From assembly GCA_002030045.1 (NCBI GenBank), contig LQBI01000007.1, positions 10,780 through 74,779 on the forward strand: DNA of 64,000 nucleotides, read 5' to 3'. A program made the translations under genes and the position numbers. Below are positions 1 to 9,177 of this stretch, in pieces. This DNA comes from Candidatus Aegiribacteria sp. MLS_C. Its GTDB lineage: Bacteria > Fermentibacterota > Fermentibacteria > Fermentibacterales > JCC-6. Each line of letters starts with the position of its first letter. Within the stretch, counting starts at the first letter, position 1. Below the pieces are notes generated by a model. That model had not been told where the DNA came from. It worked only from the letters and a program-made list of their open reading frames with translations, and ran no database searches.

Positions 1-95
1 CTGGCGTCGAAAAGCGAGTTAACGGCCGCCTGTGCGTCCTTGAGAGTGAGTCCCGCCTGCTTGGCGAGCTTCCTGGCCAGTTCGGTCTTCGTCAT
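1..95 (-). CDS. hup: HU family DNA-binding protein (N-terminal part; runs off window start)
   Basis: Reverse strand reads MTKTELARKLAKQAGLTLKDAQAAVNSLFDA, a typical HU N-terminus, with AAGGAGG RBS upstream; not in ORF track. Confidence 0.85.
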   Translation of the reverse strand, partial: MTKTELARKLAKQAGLTLKDAQAAVNSLFDA

Positions 96-499
96 CTTCT
101 CCTCCTTGGTTGACGGTTCATGGTCCAGCCCCTGAATTCATATCAAGATAAGTCTGAGCTGACGATGCTGTCAATGATCCGTTCTATGTATGGAGGGGCC
201 TGCCATGGGATGGAGAAAGAGATCCGTCGGGAAGGTGCTATGCAGTCGGAAGGGGCGGGACGAGAGCCCAGCAGCACGGTCGCCAGCGGAAGCATGCTTG
301 GCTGGCACTTTTCGCCGGGGGTATGGTGCAAATGTTCTGTTCCGCGATCGCCCAGGGATCCGGGGGTCCGAGTTGCAGGCAGATGTGATCATCCGCGGGG
401 AACCGCATGCCGCGACCGGGGAGCGCCGGCTCGTTCTAACTCCAGACTCCCCACGGCACAGGGGAGGACTCTGCCGACCTGTGACATGCGGAGGAAAAC

Positions 500-1201
500 C
501 TAAATGTGAAGGAGCTTTCGGATCTCGTTCCTCCTGACCCTGAGCCACCTGCGGAAGTACAGGAGCAGGGGGACCACCAGGACCAGGCATCCGAATACGA
601 CCGCGGACCAGCTGATGTGCCAGCTCCGGTGGAAATGGCGGTTGATGAGAAGCTCCAGCCCCACAGCCAGGACGCCCCCGGTCGTCATGGAGGCTATGAC
701 GCTTCCGATGGCGGACAGTTTCAGTTTCCTGGCCGTGACAAGGGCCAGCGCCAGGACGGTTCCGGTCAGCAGAGTCACCGGGAGGGCCAGGGGAAGGAAC
801 CAGGCCGGCCCCGGCGTGAACCTGTCCAGTAAGTAGAGGAACAGGCAGACCGCGGCGGTCTGGGCCGGGAGGTATACCCATGTTCTGCGGGAGAGCAGCG
901 CGCCCATGATCACCGAGACCCAGGTGAACGCGATGAAGACCACCGGGTAGTGTGCCCAGGAAATGGACATGCCTGAAGCCATGTCGGCGGCCAGCACCAC
1001 CAGGATACCAGTCACCGCCATGAGGGAGAATGCTTCCAGAAGCCATCGTCGAATGCTCCGTTCCGCCTCCCGCGCCTTGCGCTGGAGCTGCTCGGGAGTC
1101 ACTCTGTCCTCTTCGGTCCAGGGAGGAATGGGGTTCCCGCAAAGCGGGCAGGAGCGGGAGTCCTCCTCAACCTCTACCTTGCAGTGCTCGCAGAGCTTCA
1201 T
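500..1201 (-). CDS. Zn-ribbon membrane protein (DUF6320-like)
   Basis: N-terminal CxxC...CPLC followed by about 6 TM helices; overlaps upstream gene stop. Confidence 0.7.
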   Translation of the reverse strand: MKLCEHCKVEVEEDSRSCPLCGNPIPPWTEEDRVTPEQLQRKAREAERSIRRWLLEAFSLMAVTGILVVLAADMASGMSISWAHYPVVFIAFTWVSVIMGALLSRRTWVYLPAQTAAVCLFLYLLDRFTPGPAWFLPLALPVTLLTGTVLALALVTARKLKLSAIGSVIASMTTGGVLAVGLELLINRHFHRSWHISWSAVVFGCLVLVVPLLLYFRRWLRVRRNEIRKLLHI

Positions 1202-2508
1202 GGATTACCGCTCCTTTCAGACACACTCACCCGCACGCCTTCATCTGAAATATGACGGAAGAAGAGCATCTCCGTCTCCCTGCTGCGGATCACGCTCCCG
1301 AAACTCACGTTGAGTTCATCCCCGTAACTGAATACCGCGCAGCTGCTCTTCATCCTGGTGTTCGGACCCAGCATGAGGCCGAACCTCTCGATGTGAGGGC
1401 CCGTCCCTTCCGGCACGGAAATGCGCCCGAGATTGGTGAGCACGCCGGAGTAGAGCCTCTCGCCCAGCCATCTGCGAACGAACAGGAGGAGCAGGTCCTT
1501 CAGGAACAGCGGCAGGACCCTGACCAATGGGTTCCTCTGCGCCCTCACGTTCCTCGCTATCTGCCGTCCCAGCTCCCTGCGGTCAGCCTGCAGGACCATG
1601 CTGTGGTGGACCCTCTGAACGATCTCCCGGAAGCTGTAGTCCCCGAGTCTCAGATCGATCTCGGGGGAGACGTAGAGGGAGAAGTTGCGCATGGTCCTGG
1701 AGGGATGGAACCGTCTCATGTCGACCGGTACCTCGATGCGCAGGATTCCCCTGCCCTCTGAACCATCCGTGCCGCCGGCCCGGACCCGTGCCAGTGCATG
1801 CATGTACACGGCGACCAGGTACTCGGTGAGACTGGCTCCATGGCCGCGGGCCCGGAGCAGGACTTCATTCACGGGCATCCTTCCGGTGATCACACGGTAG
1901 ATCGACAGCGGCGGGTCGGGAAGGTGGTATGCTGGGGAGAGTCTCTTCGGGCCGGGCACGTCTATGTCGCAGTACCTGCAGTAAGCGTCCTCGAATTCCT
2001 CCGGCGAGGGCGGTTCGTCCGGGTCGAGGAAAGGTTCACTGCTCGCGACCCGGATACCTCTCTGCCGAAGGTACTCGGTAACGAGGGTTCCGAAGAAACG
2101 CATGGCTCCGGAGCCGTCGGTGAGCACGTGGGAGAAATCAACTGCCATAGTCCTGCCTCCGGCCTGCACCCGGAGAAGGTGGCCGCTTCCGGTGGGCCCC
2201 GGCAGCACCGAACCCGGCACATCCCCGAGCGGACGAAGTTCGGGTATCTCATCGTCCCGCTGCAGGTAGTACCAGAAGAGGCCGCGCTTCAGATGGACCT
2301 GGAAGTAGGGGAACCGTGGGAAGACCTTCCGAAGCGCCATCTGCAGAGCGGCAACACGGATGGGAGCGTCGAGCGTCGCCGAAAGCCGGTAGACGTCCGG
2401 TGACCAGTCCGAGAGGGAGGCGGGATAGATGCGCGCCGCGTTGTCCAGGGTCAGCCAGTCCCGGCGGGAATCTTCGTTCCCCGGCTTCCGGTCATCAGCC
2501 GTGGCCAT
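1198..2508 (-). CDS. CoA-dependent acyltransferase (alcohol acetyltransferase/condensation-domain family)
   Basis: LDNAARIY N-terminus, HxxxDG motif (HVLTDG), PVDMRRFHPSRTMRNF. Confidence 0.75.
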   Translation of the reverse strand: MATADDRKPGNEDSRRDWLTLDNAARIYPASLSDWSPDVYRLSATLDAPIRVAALQMALRKVFPRFPYFQVHLKRGLFWYYLQRDDEIPELRPLGDVPGSVLPGPTGSGHLLRVQAGGRTMAVDFSHVLTDGSGAMRFFGTLVTEYLRQRGIRVASSEPFLDPDEPPSPEEFEDAYCRYCDIDVPGPKRLSPAYHLPDPPLSIYRVITGRMPVNEVLLRARGHGASLTEYLVAVYMHALARVRAGGTDGSEGRGILRIEVPVDMRRFHPSRTMRNFSLYVSPEIDLRLGDYSFREIVQRVHHSMVLQADRRELGRQIARNVRAQRNPLVRVLPLFLKDLLLLFVRRWLGERLYSGVLTNLGRISVPEGTGPHIERFGLMLGPNTRMKSSCAVFSYGDELNVSFGSVIRSRETEMLFFRHISDEGVRVSVSERSGNP

Positions 2509-3124
2509 GAATTATCTCCATCAGGGGATCCCGCCCGAGCACGAAATAGTACAGACACGTTCCGAACAGGCCGTGAAACAGTCCCGGGGCCCAGAGATTC
2601 CCGGTCCGGAAGTAGACGGTGGCAGTGATGAGCGCCAGAACGAAGGCGGCTCCCGTCAGCGCCGGTGAGGAAGCGTGGGCCGCTGCGAACAGAAGCGCTG
2701 CCAGGATGACCGTGACGGATTCGGGCAACCGGCTGTGCTTCCTTATGTTGCCGGCGATCAGGACCACTACCAGGAATTGCTGGACGAGTCCCCACAGAGG
2801 GTAGAGCAGGAGTACCGGCACAATGTGCCAGTTAAGCGCCATGCTGCCTGTCAGCTTGCCGTACGCCGCGAAGCCAAGTACAGAGAGGACCATGAAAGGT
2901 GTGAGAAGCCCTATGGCGCGTCCGAACCCCCTCCTCGTGAATCCCCAGTCGGCAGGGGCCGAGGGATCGGATGACGCTCGGACCAGAACGAAACCCGTCC
3001 AGAAGAGGGAAGCTGCCACAACATATACCAGCTGAAGGTCCAGCCGGTCGGCCAGGATGAAGTTGCCGAGACCGGTCAGCAGCACGAATGCGATCTCCCA
3101 TCGAGAGGTGTTCTTTGCAGTCAT
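2495..3124 (-). CDS. CPBP (CAAX/Abi) family intramembrane protease-like protein
   Basis: Multi-TM protein with LFAAAH and GLFHG motifs; the EE motif appears as QQ. Confidence 0.65.
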   Translation of the reverse strand: MTAKNTSRWEIAFVLLTGLGNFILADRLDLQLVYVVAASLFWTGFVLVRASSDPSAPADWGFTRRGFGRAIGLLTPFMVLSVLGFAAYGKLTGSMALNWHIVPVLLLYPLWGLVQQFLVVVLIAGNIRKHSRLPESVTVILAALLFAAAHASSPALTGAAFVLALITATVYFRTGNLWAPGLFHGLFGTCLYYFVLGRDPLMEIIHGHG

Positions 3125-3370
3125 CTCTTCCGCTCTCCGGTCCGGCCTGTTGTTTCCTTCACTCCATCGGTTCCCGAATACTCCCCGGAGGAGCAGGATA
3201 GCATGAGACTGGTCCTCGCTTCCTCCACGAGATCATGAGTAACCCTGCTGTAAGAAATATCCTCCTAATTAGATAAGTCATTCTCATTGCCTCGTTACAT
3301 GATACCGAAGCGGGTCCAGAGGGTCAACGAGCCGGGGGTCATTAGAAAAATGAATGTCTGCCGAAGAAAA

Positions 3371-3478
3371 GGGGAGGCACTTATGCCTCCCCCGGGTATG
3401 CCCATGCAAAGAAGGGGAGGCACGTATGCCTCCCCTGCACAGACAAGAAATAAGGAGGGGAGGCACGAAGCCTCCCCC
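3371..3478 (-). repeat. Three tandem GGGGAGGC-loop-GCCTCCCC hairpins with 43-nt period (tandem terminators of the RRM gene)
   Basis: Copies start at 3371, 3414 and 3457; each is followed by a pyrimidine run on the minus strand. Confidence 0.8.
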
Positions 3479-3508
3479 TTCTAAAGAAGAACTGAGTCAG
3501 TTCGTTCT

Positions 3509-3757
3509 CTATCTTTCGTTGGCGAAATCGACCCTGAGCTGACGACCGTCCATTTCCTGTCCGTTCATCGCCTTCTGGGCAGCGATCGCACCATTCTCGG
3601 TCTCGAAGGTCACAAAACCGAATCCCCGGGACCTGCCAGTGTCTCTTTCACAGATGACCTTGGCCTCTTCCACTGTACCGTGTTCCTGGAAAGCCTTGCC
3701 GAGACTCTCGTCATCAGTCGCCCAGGCCAATCCTCCAACAAACAGCTTCTTGCTCAT
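3509..3757 (-). CDS. RRM RNA-binding protein, copy 1
   Basis: [10 protein letters not shown] (RNP2) and RGFGFVTF (RNP1); start chosen by alignment with copy 2. Confidence 0.93.
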   Translation of the reverse strand: MSKKLFVGGLAWATDDESLGKAFQEHGTVEEAKVICERDTGRSRGFGFVTFETENGAIAAQKAMNGQEMDGRQLRVDFANER

Positions 3758-4010
3758 TCGAACTCCGTTCACGGGACTTCCGTCCCTCCGTACCAAGCGG
3801 CATCATTGCCGCTTCTGCCCCTGAAGCAGGGGCGCGCTAACCGGGATGCGGCCCGGAACCGTGCTGCATGACCGCAGCAATTTCCTGAAGAGTGTTTTTC
3901 TCAGTGTGTGATGATGGTCCTGGAATTCTTTACAAAAAAGCCGGTTAAGAAATCACGCAGACTATCTTGAAACACGGAAAAAGTATTAAAAATATCTATC
4001 TTTCATATTA
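3758..4010 (-). promoter_or_regulatory. Long structured 5' leader of RRM copy 1 (candidate cis-regulatory RNA)
   Basis: Four hairpins conserved in order with the leader at 5203-5485. Confidence 0.55.
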
Positions 4011-4017
4011 CTGTGGT

Positions 4018-4045
4018 AATATACATTTAAGTATTTGATTGGCAA
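4018..4045 (-). promoter_or_regulatory. Sigma70-type promoter TTGCCA-N16-TATATT
   Basis: Identical -35/-10 boxes and spacing at 5491-5518 while the spacer sequence differs. Confidence 0.65.
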
Positions 4046-4299
4046 GCCCCGGCCAGATCCCCTGATCCGCTGCTGTAACTTCATGCCTCCCGGTCATATC
4101 TGCAGGGGATGCCAGACAGGATGATCCCGCTGTTCCCGGGAGAAGGGTATTGCGGCAGGATTGTCCGGTCTATGATGAGCGATGGTGTTTCATGTGGATT
4201 TCCTCTCCGGGACGGGAAATGACCTTTGAGTCCATACCGCCGAAACTTCGCCGCGATCTTGACCCGAGTCGGTGTGATGATTTGCCGTTCTGACTGATC

Positions 4300-4737
4300 T
4301 CAGCCGCCGGTCCCGGCTATGAAGTCCTTCACCTTCCCCTCGATGAGGTCCCTCGTCTTCCGGAAGAACTCCAGCCGCTCCTCATCGCTTCCCTGGAAGG
4401 AGGCCGGGTCTTCGATGTCCCAGAACTCCCTGACCCCGGCCCAGGGGTAGATGGGGCACCTGTCCTCGGCCTTGCGGCAGACGGTGATGAGATAGCCTAT
4501 GTGAACCTGCTTCCTGAAGAACTCGTCGATGAGGCTCTTGGAGCGGTGCCCCATTGCCTCCAGGTCCAGTCCCTTCTCCCGCATCACCTTGAGGGTGAGG
4601 GGGTGTATCGGGGAAGGTTCCAGCCCTGCGCTGAAGACCTCGAAGCGGTCGCCGCCGTATTCCCTGAGGAACGCCTCCGCCATCTGGCTGCGTGCGGAAT
4701 TCCCCGTACATAGGAAGAGCACCCTTGTCCGGTCCAT
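4300..4737 (-). CDS. arsC: Arsenate reductase ArsC (LMW-PTP fold, thioredoxin-coupled)
   Basis: CTGNSARSQMAE active-site loop, TVC...CP and EDP motifs. Confidence 0.88.
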   Translation of the reverse strand: MDRTRVLFLCTGNSARSQMAEAFLREYGGDRFEVFSAGLEPSPIHPLTLKVMREKGLDLEAMGHRSKSLIDEFFRKQVHIGYLITVCRKAEDRCPIYPWAGVREFWDIEDPASFQGSDEERLEFFRKTRDLIEGKVKDFIAGTGG

Positions 4738-4893
4738 GAGACATCCTTCCTGTGTAAGACCAGGCCGGAGGAAGATAGGACCTCTGTGTTAACCTTCGAT
4801 TAAGTGCCGGTAGATACTCCAGCCGACGTATCGAGTGGACAGTGTGTCTTTCCCGCCGTGCTCTCCAATGAGGGTATCCAGGCATATAAAGAA

Positions 4894-4917
4894 GGGGGAG
4901 GCACGAATGCCTCCCCC
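4894..4917 (-). terminator. Terminator hairpin of RRM copy 2
   Basis: GGGGGAGGCA-cgaa-TGCCTCCCCC followed by TTCTTT on the minus strand; same family as 3371-3478. Confidence 0.75.
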
Positions 4918-4941
4918 TCGATCTACCTGAAGATTACTTTG

Positions 4942-5202
4942 TTAGTTTCTCTTCGGCTTGTCGTTGGCGAAATCGACCCTGACCTGACGTCCGTCGAGTT
5001 CCTTTCCGTCCATCGCGTCCTTGGCGGCCTTGGCCGCCTCCTCCGTCTGGAAAGTCACGAAACCGAATCCCCTGGACCTGCCAGAGTCTCTTTCGGTGAC
5101 GACGTTGGCCTCTTCCACGACACCGAACTTCTCGAAAGCCTTCTCGAGACTCTCGTCATCAGTGCCCCAGGTCAACCCTCCAACAAACAGCTTCTTACCC
5201 AT
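4942..5202 (-). CDS. RRM RNA-binding protein, copy 2
   Basis: [10 protein letters not shown] and RGFGFVTF; clear paralogue of 3509-3757. Confidence 0.93.
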   Translation of the reverse strand: MGKKLFVGGLTWGTDDESLEKAFEKFGVVEEANVVTERDSGRSRGFGFVTFQTEEAAKAAKDAMDGKELDGRQVRVDFANDKPKRN

Positions 5203-5485
5203 TCGAACTCCTGTTCCCGGGACCTACCGTCCCTGAGTACCGTGCGCCCCTGATAACCCGGCATTCTCGCCGCAGGCTCCCGGACCGCATCCGCCCCCGG
5301 TGGGGGCATGTAAACCGGGTCTCGGCCCGGCACCGTGCTGCATGACAGCAGCAATCCCATGTGAAACCAGTTGTTATTCATCTTATGTCGCCGCAGTTCC
5401 GAATTAATGAGGTTGGAAGGTCTCAGAAACCGGTGAAAAGCCTTGAAGCATAAGAACTGTTCAAATAACCATCTTTCACATTGCT
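5203..5485 (-). promoter_or_regulatory. Long structured 5' leader of RRM copy 2
   Basis: Hairpins at 5219-5233, 5293-5307, 5315-5330 and 5336-5353 match copy 1. Confidence 0.55.
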
Positions 5486-5490
5486 GGAGC

Positions 5491-5518
5491 AATATACACT
5501 CCGCTTTTCAAATGGCAA
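5491..5518 (-). promoter_or_regulatory. Sigma70-type promoter TTGCCA-N16-TATATT
   Basis: Conserved with 4018-4045. Confidence 0.65.
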
Positions 5519-5996
5519 GCCCCGTGGCAGAGCGGTTCGGGATCGCGGTACAACGGCATCCGCATAGTGCGTTCGGAAGGAGGAAGACATGATTCGGCGG
5601 CATTCGTCGGAAATGTGATGAAGCACGGCCGCATGACCATTCTGCCTGCGGATGCCCTTCCGGGGACCCCGGGCGCAGGCCTGCAGCGATAACGCCGGCC
5701 CATCGTCCCTGGACAGGACTTCCATGCATGCGTTCTCCGGCATAACGGGGTTCCGGAGGGTCAGGTCATTGCTCTGGAAGATGCGGACCTCGCAGGTGGA
5801 GTCCCCGTAAAGTCGTGGACGCGGCGGGGCAACCGTTCAACCTTCAGGATATTCAGCGGGTCCGCGGCGGACACGGCAATGGCGAGGATGGCGAGGTGTC
5901 CTGCCGTTGCCGCATCCTTTCCAGCCTGCGAAGTACGCTGTTGTCCTGGAAGTCATGTGGAACCGGGGATCGTGAGCCGGAAAGGGATGCTGATGG

Positions 5997-6908
5997 TCAC
6001 CTCTCGTGTATCACTGCGGCCCTGGCGCGTTTCCTTACCTGGGAGAGGAATATGCCGGAGATGATTATGGCCATGCCGATCGTCTTCCTGAGCGTGAAGG
6101 TCTCACCCAGCATGAGATAGGCGGTTATCGCGGTCACCACCGGTATGATGTTGGTGAAGATGTTGGTCCTGCCTATTCCCAGCTCCCTTATGGCCACGGT
6201 TATGAAGATGAACGCCAGGGAGGATCCGAACACGGCAAGCATGACCAGGTCCAGGATCACATGGGTCGGTGGGTCCACCGCCAGGGTGTCCCCCAGTTCG
6301 AATCCGAGAACCAGCGGAAGGAAGTAGAAACCCCCGACGGTGTTCTGTATCCTGACGATGGTCAGGGGTCTGTAGCGGTGGGACATCCTCTTCACGACGA
6401 GACTGTAACCCACCGCTGATATCACTGCGAAGAGGAGGAACAGCAGCCCGGCGGTGGAAGCCTCCAGCCTGGAGTCGCCGGTGGTAGTGAACACCGCCAG
6501 GCCGAGGAAGGAGAATACAAGCCCTGCTGTGTTCACCATGGAGAGCTTTTCCCTGTAGACCATGTAGGCGAAGAAGGGAGAGACCACCGGTATAAGCCCT
6601 ATCATTATGGAGGCAAGTGTGGAGGAGACCCTGAGCAGGCCCAGGCTCTCGCCGATGAAGTAGCAGAAGGGCTCCAGGAAGGCCAGCAGGAGGAACATGG
6701 GCCAGTCCTTCCTGTCCACCCTCTCGCCCCTGCCCGTGAACTTCGCGTACAGGTTCAGGAAGACGGCGGAGATGGCCAGCCTGAAAAGGAGGGTGGTGAA
6801 GGGCCCGTAGTACTGGAAGACTATCTTGGTCCATACGAAGGATACTCCCCAGAAGAACATTGCTCCCAGGGTCCCGAGGTATACTCCGAGCTTCCTGAAA
6901 TTCGTCAT
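5997..6908 (-). CDS. DMT/EamA family transporter
   Basis: About 10 TM helices with FWGVSF and GE motifs; start MTNFRK preferred over the longer ORF-track start. Confidence 0.88.
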   Translation of the reverse strand: MTNFRKLGVYLGTLGAMFFWGVSFVWTKIVFQYYGPFTTLLFRLAISAVFLNLYAKFTGRGERVDRKDWPMFLLLAFLEPFCYFIGESLGLLRVSSTLASIMIGLIPVVSPFFAYMVYREKLSMVNTAGLVFSFLGLAVFTTTGDSRLEASTAGLLFLLFAVISAVGYSLVVKRMSHRYRPLTIVRIQNTVGGFYFLPLVLGFELGDTLAVDPPTHVILDLVMLAVFGSSLAFIFITVAIRELGIGRTNIFTNIIPVVTAITAYLMLGETFTLRKTIGMAIIISGIFLSQVRKRARAAVIHER

Positions 6909-7052
6909 GACCGTCCTTTTCCAGAGGATGTCGATCAGTCCCGGGGTCTTCTGCGCAATCCCGCCGCCGGGGGCGCGGGCCTTGACGGTACCGGGAAGAA
7001 TAACGAAAAACCGGTGCAGCCGGATAGATACCGCGTGCTCGAAACGACCCAC

Positions 7053-7082
7053 TTGACACCGGAAATCGGGGGGGATTATCTT
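7053..7082 (+). promoter_or_regulatory. Promoter of the rex-mbx operon (TTGACA-N18-TATCTT)
   Basis: Consensus -35 and near-consensus -10 immediately upstream of the Rex box. Confidence 0.6.
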
Positions 7083-7090
7083 CGCTTAAA

Positions 7091-7108
7091 TTGTGAATGT
7101 GAACACAA
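7091..7108 (+). promoter_or_regulatory. Rex operator
   Basis: TTGTGAAtgtgAACACAA versus the Rex consensus TTGTGAA-N4-TTCACAA (2 mismatches), between the promoter and the rex RBS. Confidence 0.75.
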
Positions 7109-7123
7109 TCACATGGAGGTTGG

Positions 7124-7780
7124 ATGACGTACAGGGACGTTCCCACCGAGACGATGGACAGACTTTTCCTCTACATGAGGGCTCTCACATGCCTCAGGAG
7201 GGAGAAGTCCGAGACGGTCTCATCCAGCCGCCTTGCTGAGATCTGCAATGTGAACGCGCCCAAGGTGAGAAAGGACCTGTCCTACTTCGGGGAGTTCGGC
7301 GTCAGGGGAGTGGGTTACAACGTCAACGAACTCCTGGACCATATTCGCAGGATACTGAAGCTGGACCGGTCAGTGAACGTGGCCCTGATCGGAGCCGGGA
7401 ACATCGGAAGGGCCCTGATAACCCACTCGTCCTTCCAGCTGGAGGGATTCAACATCTCCATGGCCTTCGACATAGACCGGGAGAAGATCGGCACAAGGGT
7501 CGGCTCCATAACCGTCGAGGACATGATGGACTTCCCCGACAGGGTCGAGGAGGAGGGAATAGACCTGGCCATCCTGGCGGTGCCGGAGGAAGTGGCTCCG
7601 GAGATAGCCCGAATAATAGCCGACACGAACATCATCTCCATACTGTCCTTCGCACCCTGCGAACTCTGCATGCCTGAAAACGTGAAGGTCACATGCGTCG
7701 ACCTGAGCATGGAAATGGCGCGTCTGCTCTACAATTCCAGGCAGACCGTCACAAGGAAGAAGAAGGAAAGGAAACCCTGA
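7124..7780 (+). CDS. rex: Redox-sensing transcriptional repressor Rex
   Basis: VRKDLSYFGEFGVRGVGY wHTH motif and IGAGNIGRAL Rossmann motif. Confidence 0.95.
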   Translation: MTYRDVPTETMDRLFLYMRALTCLRREKSETVSSSRLAEICNVNAPKVRKDLSYFGEFGVRGVGYNVNELLDHIRRILKLDRSVNVALIGAGNIGRALITHSSFQLEGFNISMAFDIDREKIGTRVGSITVEDMMDFPDRVEEEGIDLAILAVPEEVAPEIARIIADTNIISILSFAPCELCMPENVKVTCVDLSMEMARLLYNSRQTVTRKKKERKP

Positions 7781-7781
7781 G

Positions 7782-8342
7782 TTGAGCGTTGAAGAACGAG
7801 AAGGCGCGGCGGCGGGACCGGTGGACGACGAGGGCGCGGCAGGGACCGGCGGTTTTCGAAGCGCCCTGTACATGTTCGTTCTGCTGTTCCTTACATGGAT
7901 ACTGCTCACCTTCAGCCTGGACTGGCAGGAGCTGGCAGCCGGTGCCGTGGTCTCCCTGGTGATAACCCTGTTCTTCGAAGGCAGCTACAGGGCCATCGGC
8001 CTTCCCACCCTTTCCCCCAGGAGGCTCTGGTACATGCTTGTCTACGTGGTGGTCCTGGGCTGGGCGATCATCAAGGCCAACCTGGACGTCGCCATCAGGA
8101 TACTGAACCCGAAGCTTCCCATCAGGCCCGGCATAGTGGTCATAAGGACCGGGCTCACCAGCAGCATGGCGAAGCTGGTGCTGGCGAACTCCATAACCCT
8201 CACTCCCGGCACCTTCACCCTGGACGTGATAGGCGACAGGCTGCTGATCCACTGGATAGACGTCAGGGCCGAAGGCCTGGAGGAGGCCACGGGAATAATA
8301 AGCGGGACGTTCGAGCGTTACCTTAAGGAGATCTTCGAATGA
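7782..8342 (+). CDS. mnhE: Na+/H+ antiporter subunit E (MbxA-like)
   Basis: ANSITLTPGT and LLIHWIDV motifs. Confidence 0.9.
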   Translation: MSVEEREGAAAGPVDDEGAAGTGGFRSALYMFVLLFLTWILLTFSLDWQELAAGAVVSLVITLFFEGSYRAIGLPTLSPRRLWYMLVYVVVLGWAIIKANLDVAIRILNPKLPIRPGIVVIRTGLTSSMAKLVLANSITLTPGTFTLDVIGDRLLIHWIDVRAEGLEEATGIISGTFERYLKEIFE

Positions 8343-8599
8343 CGGAGACAGTGGCACTGGTATACGCGGGAGTCATGGGCCTCGGCATCCTGCTCTGCCT
8401 TCTGAGGCTCCTGATGGGCCCCACGGCTGCTGACAGGGCTGTCGCATCCGACACCGCATGCACCGTAACCACGGCGCTTCTGGTGCTGATGGCCCACGTT
8501 TTCAAGAGGTACATCTACCTTGATGTGTCGCTCGTGTACGCCCTTCTGACGTTCATCGGCGCGGTGGCCATCGCCCGCTATCTCGAGAGGGGGATCTGA
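8339..8599 (+). CDS. mnhF: Antiporter subunit F (MbxB-like)
   Basis: GPTAADRAVASD; 3 TM helices. Confidence 0.9.
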   Translation: MTETVALVYAGVMGLGILLCLLRLLMGPTAADRAVASDTACTVTTALLVLMAHVFKRYIYLDVSLVYALLTFIGAVAIARYLERGI

Positions 8600-8941
8600 A
8601 TGGTTCTGGAAGCCGTGGGAACCGTGGTCACAGGCATCGGCGCGGCATTCCTCCTCGTGGGAAGCCTGGGAGTCTTCAGAATGCCCGATGTCTACAACAG
8701 GCTTCAGGCCGGGACGAAGTGCACCACTCTGGGTGCGTGCCTGGCCATCGTGGGAGTCGGCATAATGGAGCCTTCGTGGCTGCCCAAGACCCTGCTGATA
8801 GCCGGGTTCATACTCCTTACCAACCCCATCTCGAACCATGCCCTGGGGAGGGCTTCGCGCAAGAGCGGCGTGGAACTGTGCCGGAGGTCGGTAGTGGACA
8901 TGACCGATTCCCTGGGCGAATACGGGAAGGAGGGGGAATGA
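8600..8941 (+). CDS. mnhG: Antiporter subunit G (MbxC-like)
   Basis: RMPDVYNRLQAGTK and TNPISNHAL. Confidence 0.9.
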   Translation: MVLEAVGTVVTGIGAAFLLVGSLGVFRMPDVYNRLQAGTKCTTLGACLAIVGVGIMEPSWLPKTLLIAGFILLTNPISNHALGRASRKSGVELCRRSVVDMTDSLGEYGKEGE

Positions 8942-9177
8942 TCTTCCTGGTTGCATTCCTTGTGCTGGTCATGCTGGCGGCAGCCATCGCGGCGTTTTTC
9001 TTCAGGGACCTGCTCAGCGCGGTGATAGCCTCCTGCATAGTCAGCCTGATCGCATCCATCATCTTCTTCCTCCTCCAGGCGCCGGACGTGGCAATGGCCG
9101 AGGCATCGATAGGGGCGGCCCTGCTCACAGCGATCCTCATCATAGCCATTCGAAGGACCGGGAGGTACGAGGAATGA
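8938..9177 (+). CDS. MbxD/MbhD-like subunit (DUF4040)
   Basis: MIFLVAF...QAPDVAMAEASIGA; ATGA overlap with the mnhG stop. Confidence 0.85.
   Translation: MIFLVAFLVLVMLAAAIAAFFFRDLLSAVIASCIVSLIASIIFFLLQAPDVAMAEASIGAALLTAILIIAIRRTGRYEE

Noticed and set aside
3371-3478. Mini CRISPR array
   Set aside because: Only three ~22-nt repeats with ~21-nt spacers, no cas genes, and the same hairpin serves as the terminator of the paralogous gene
5578-5618. Tiny ORF MIRRHSSEM with strong AGGAGG
   Set aside because: Nine codons, no clear promoter or downstream same-strand gene; cannot be supported
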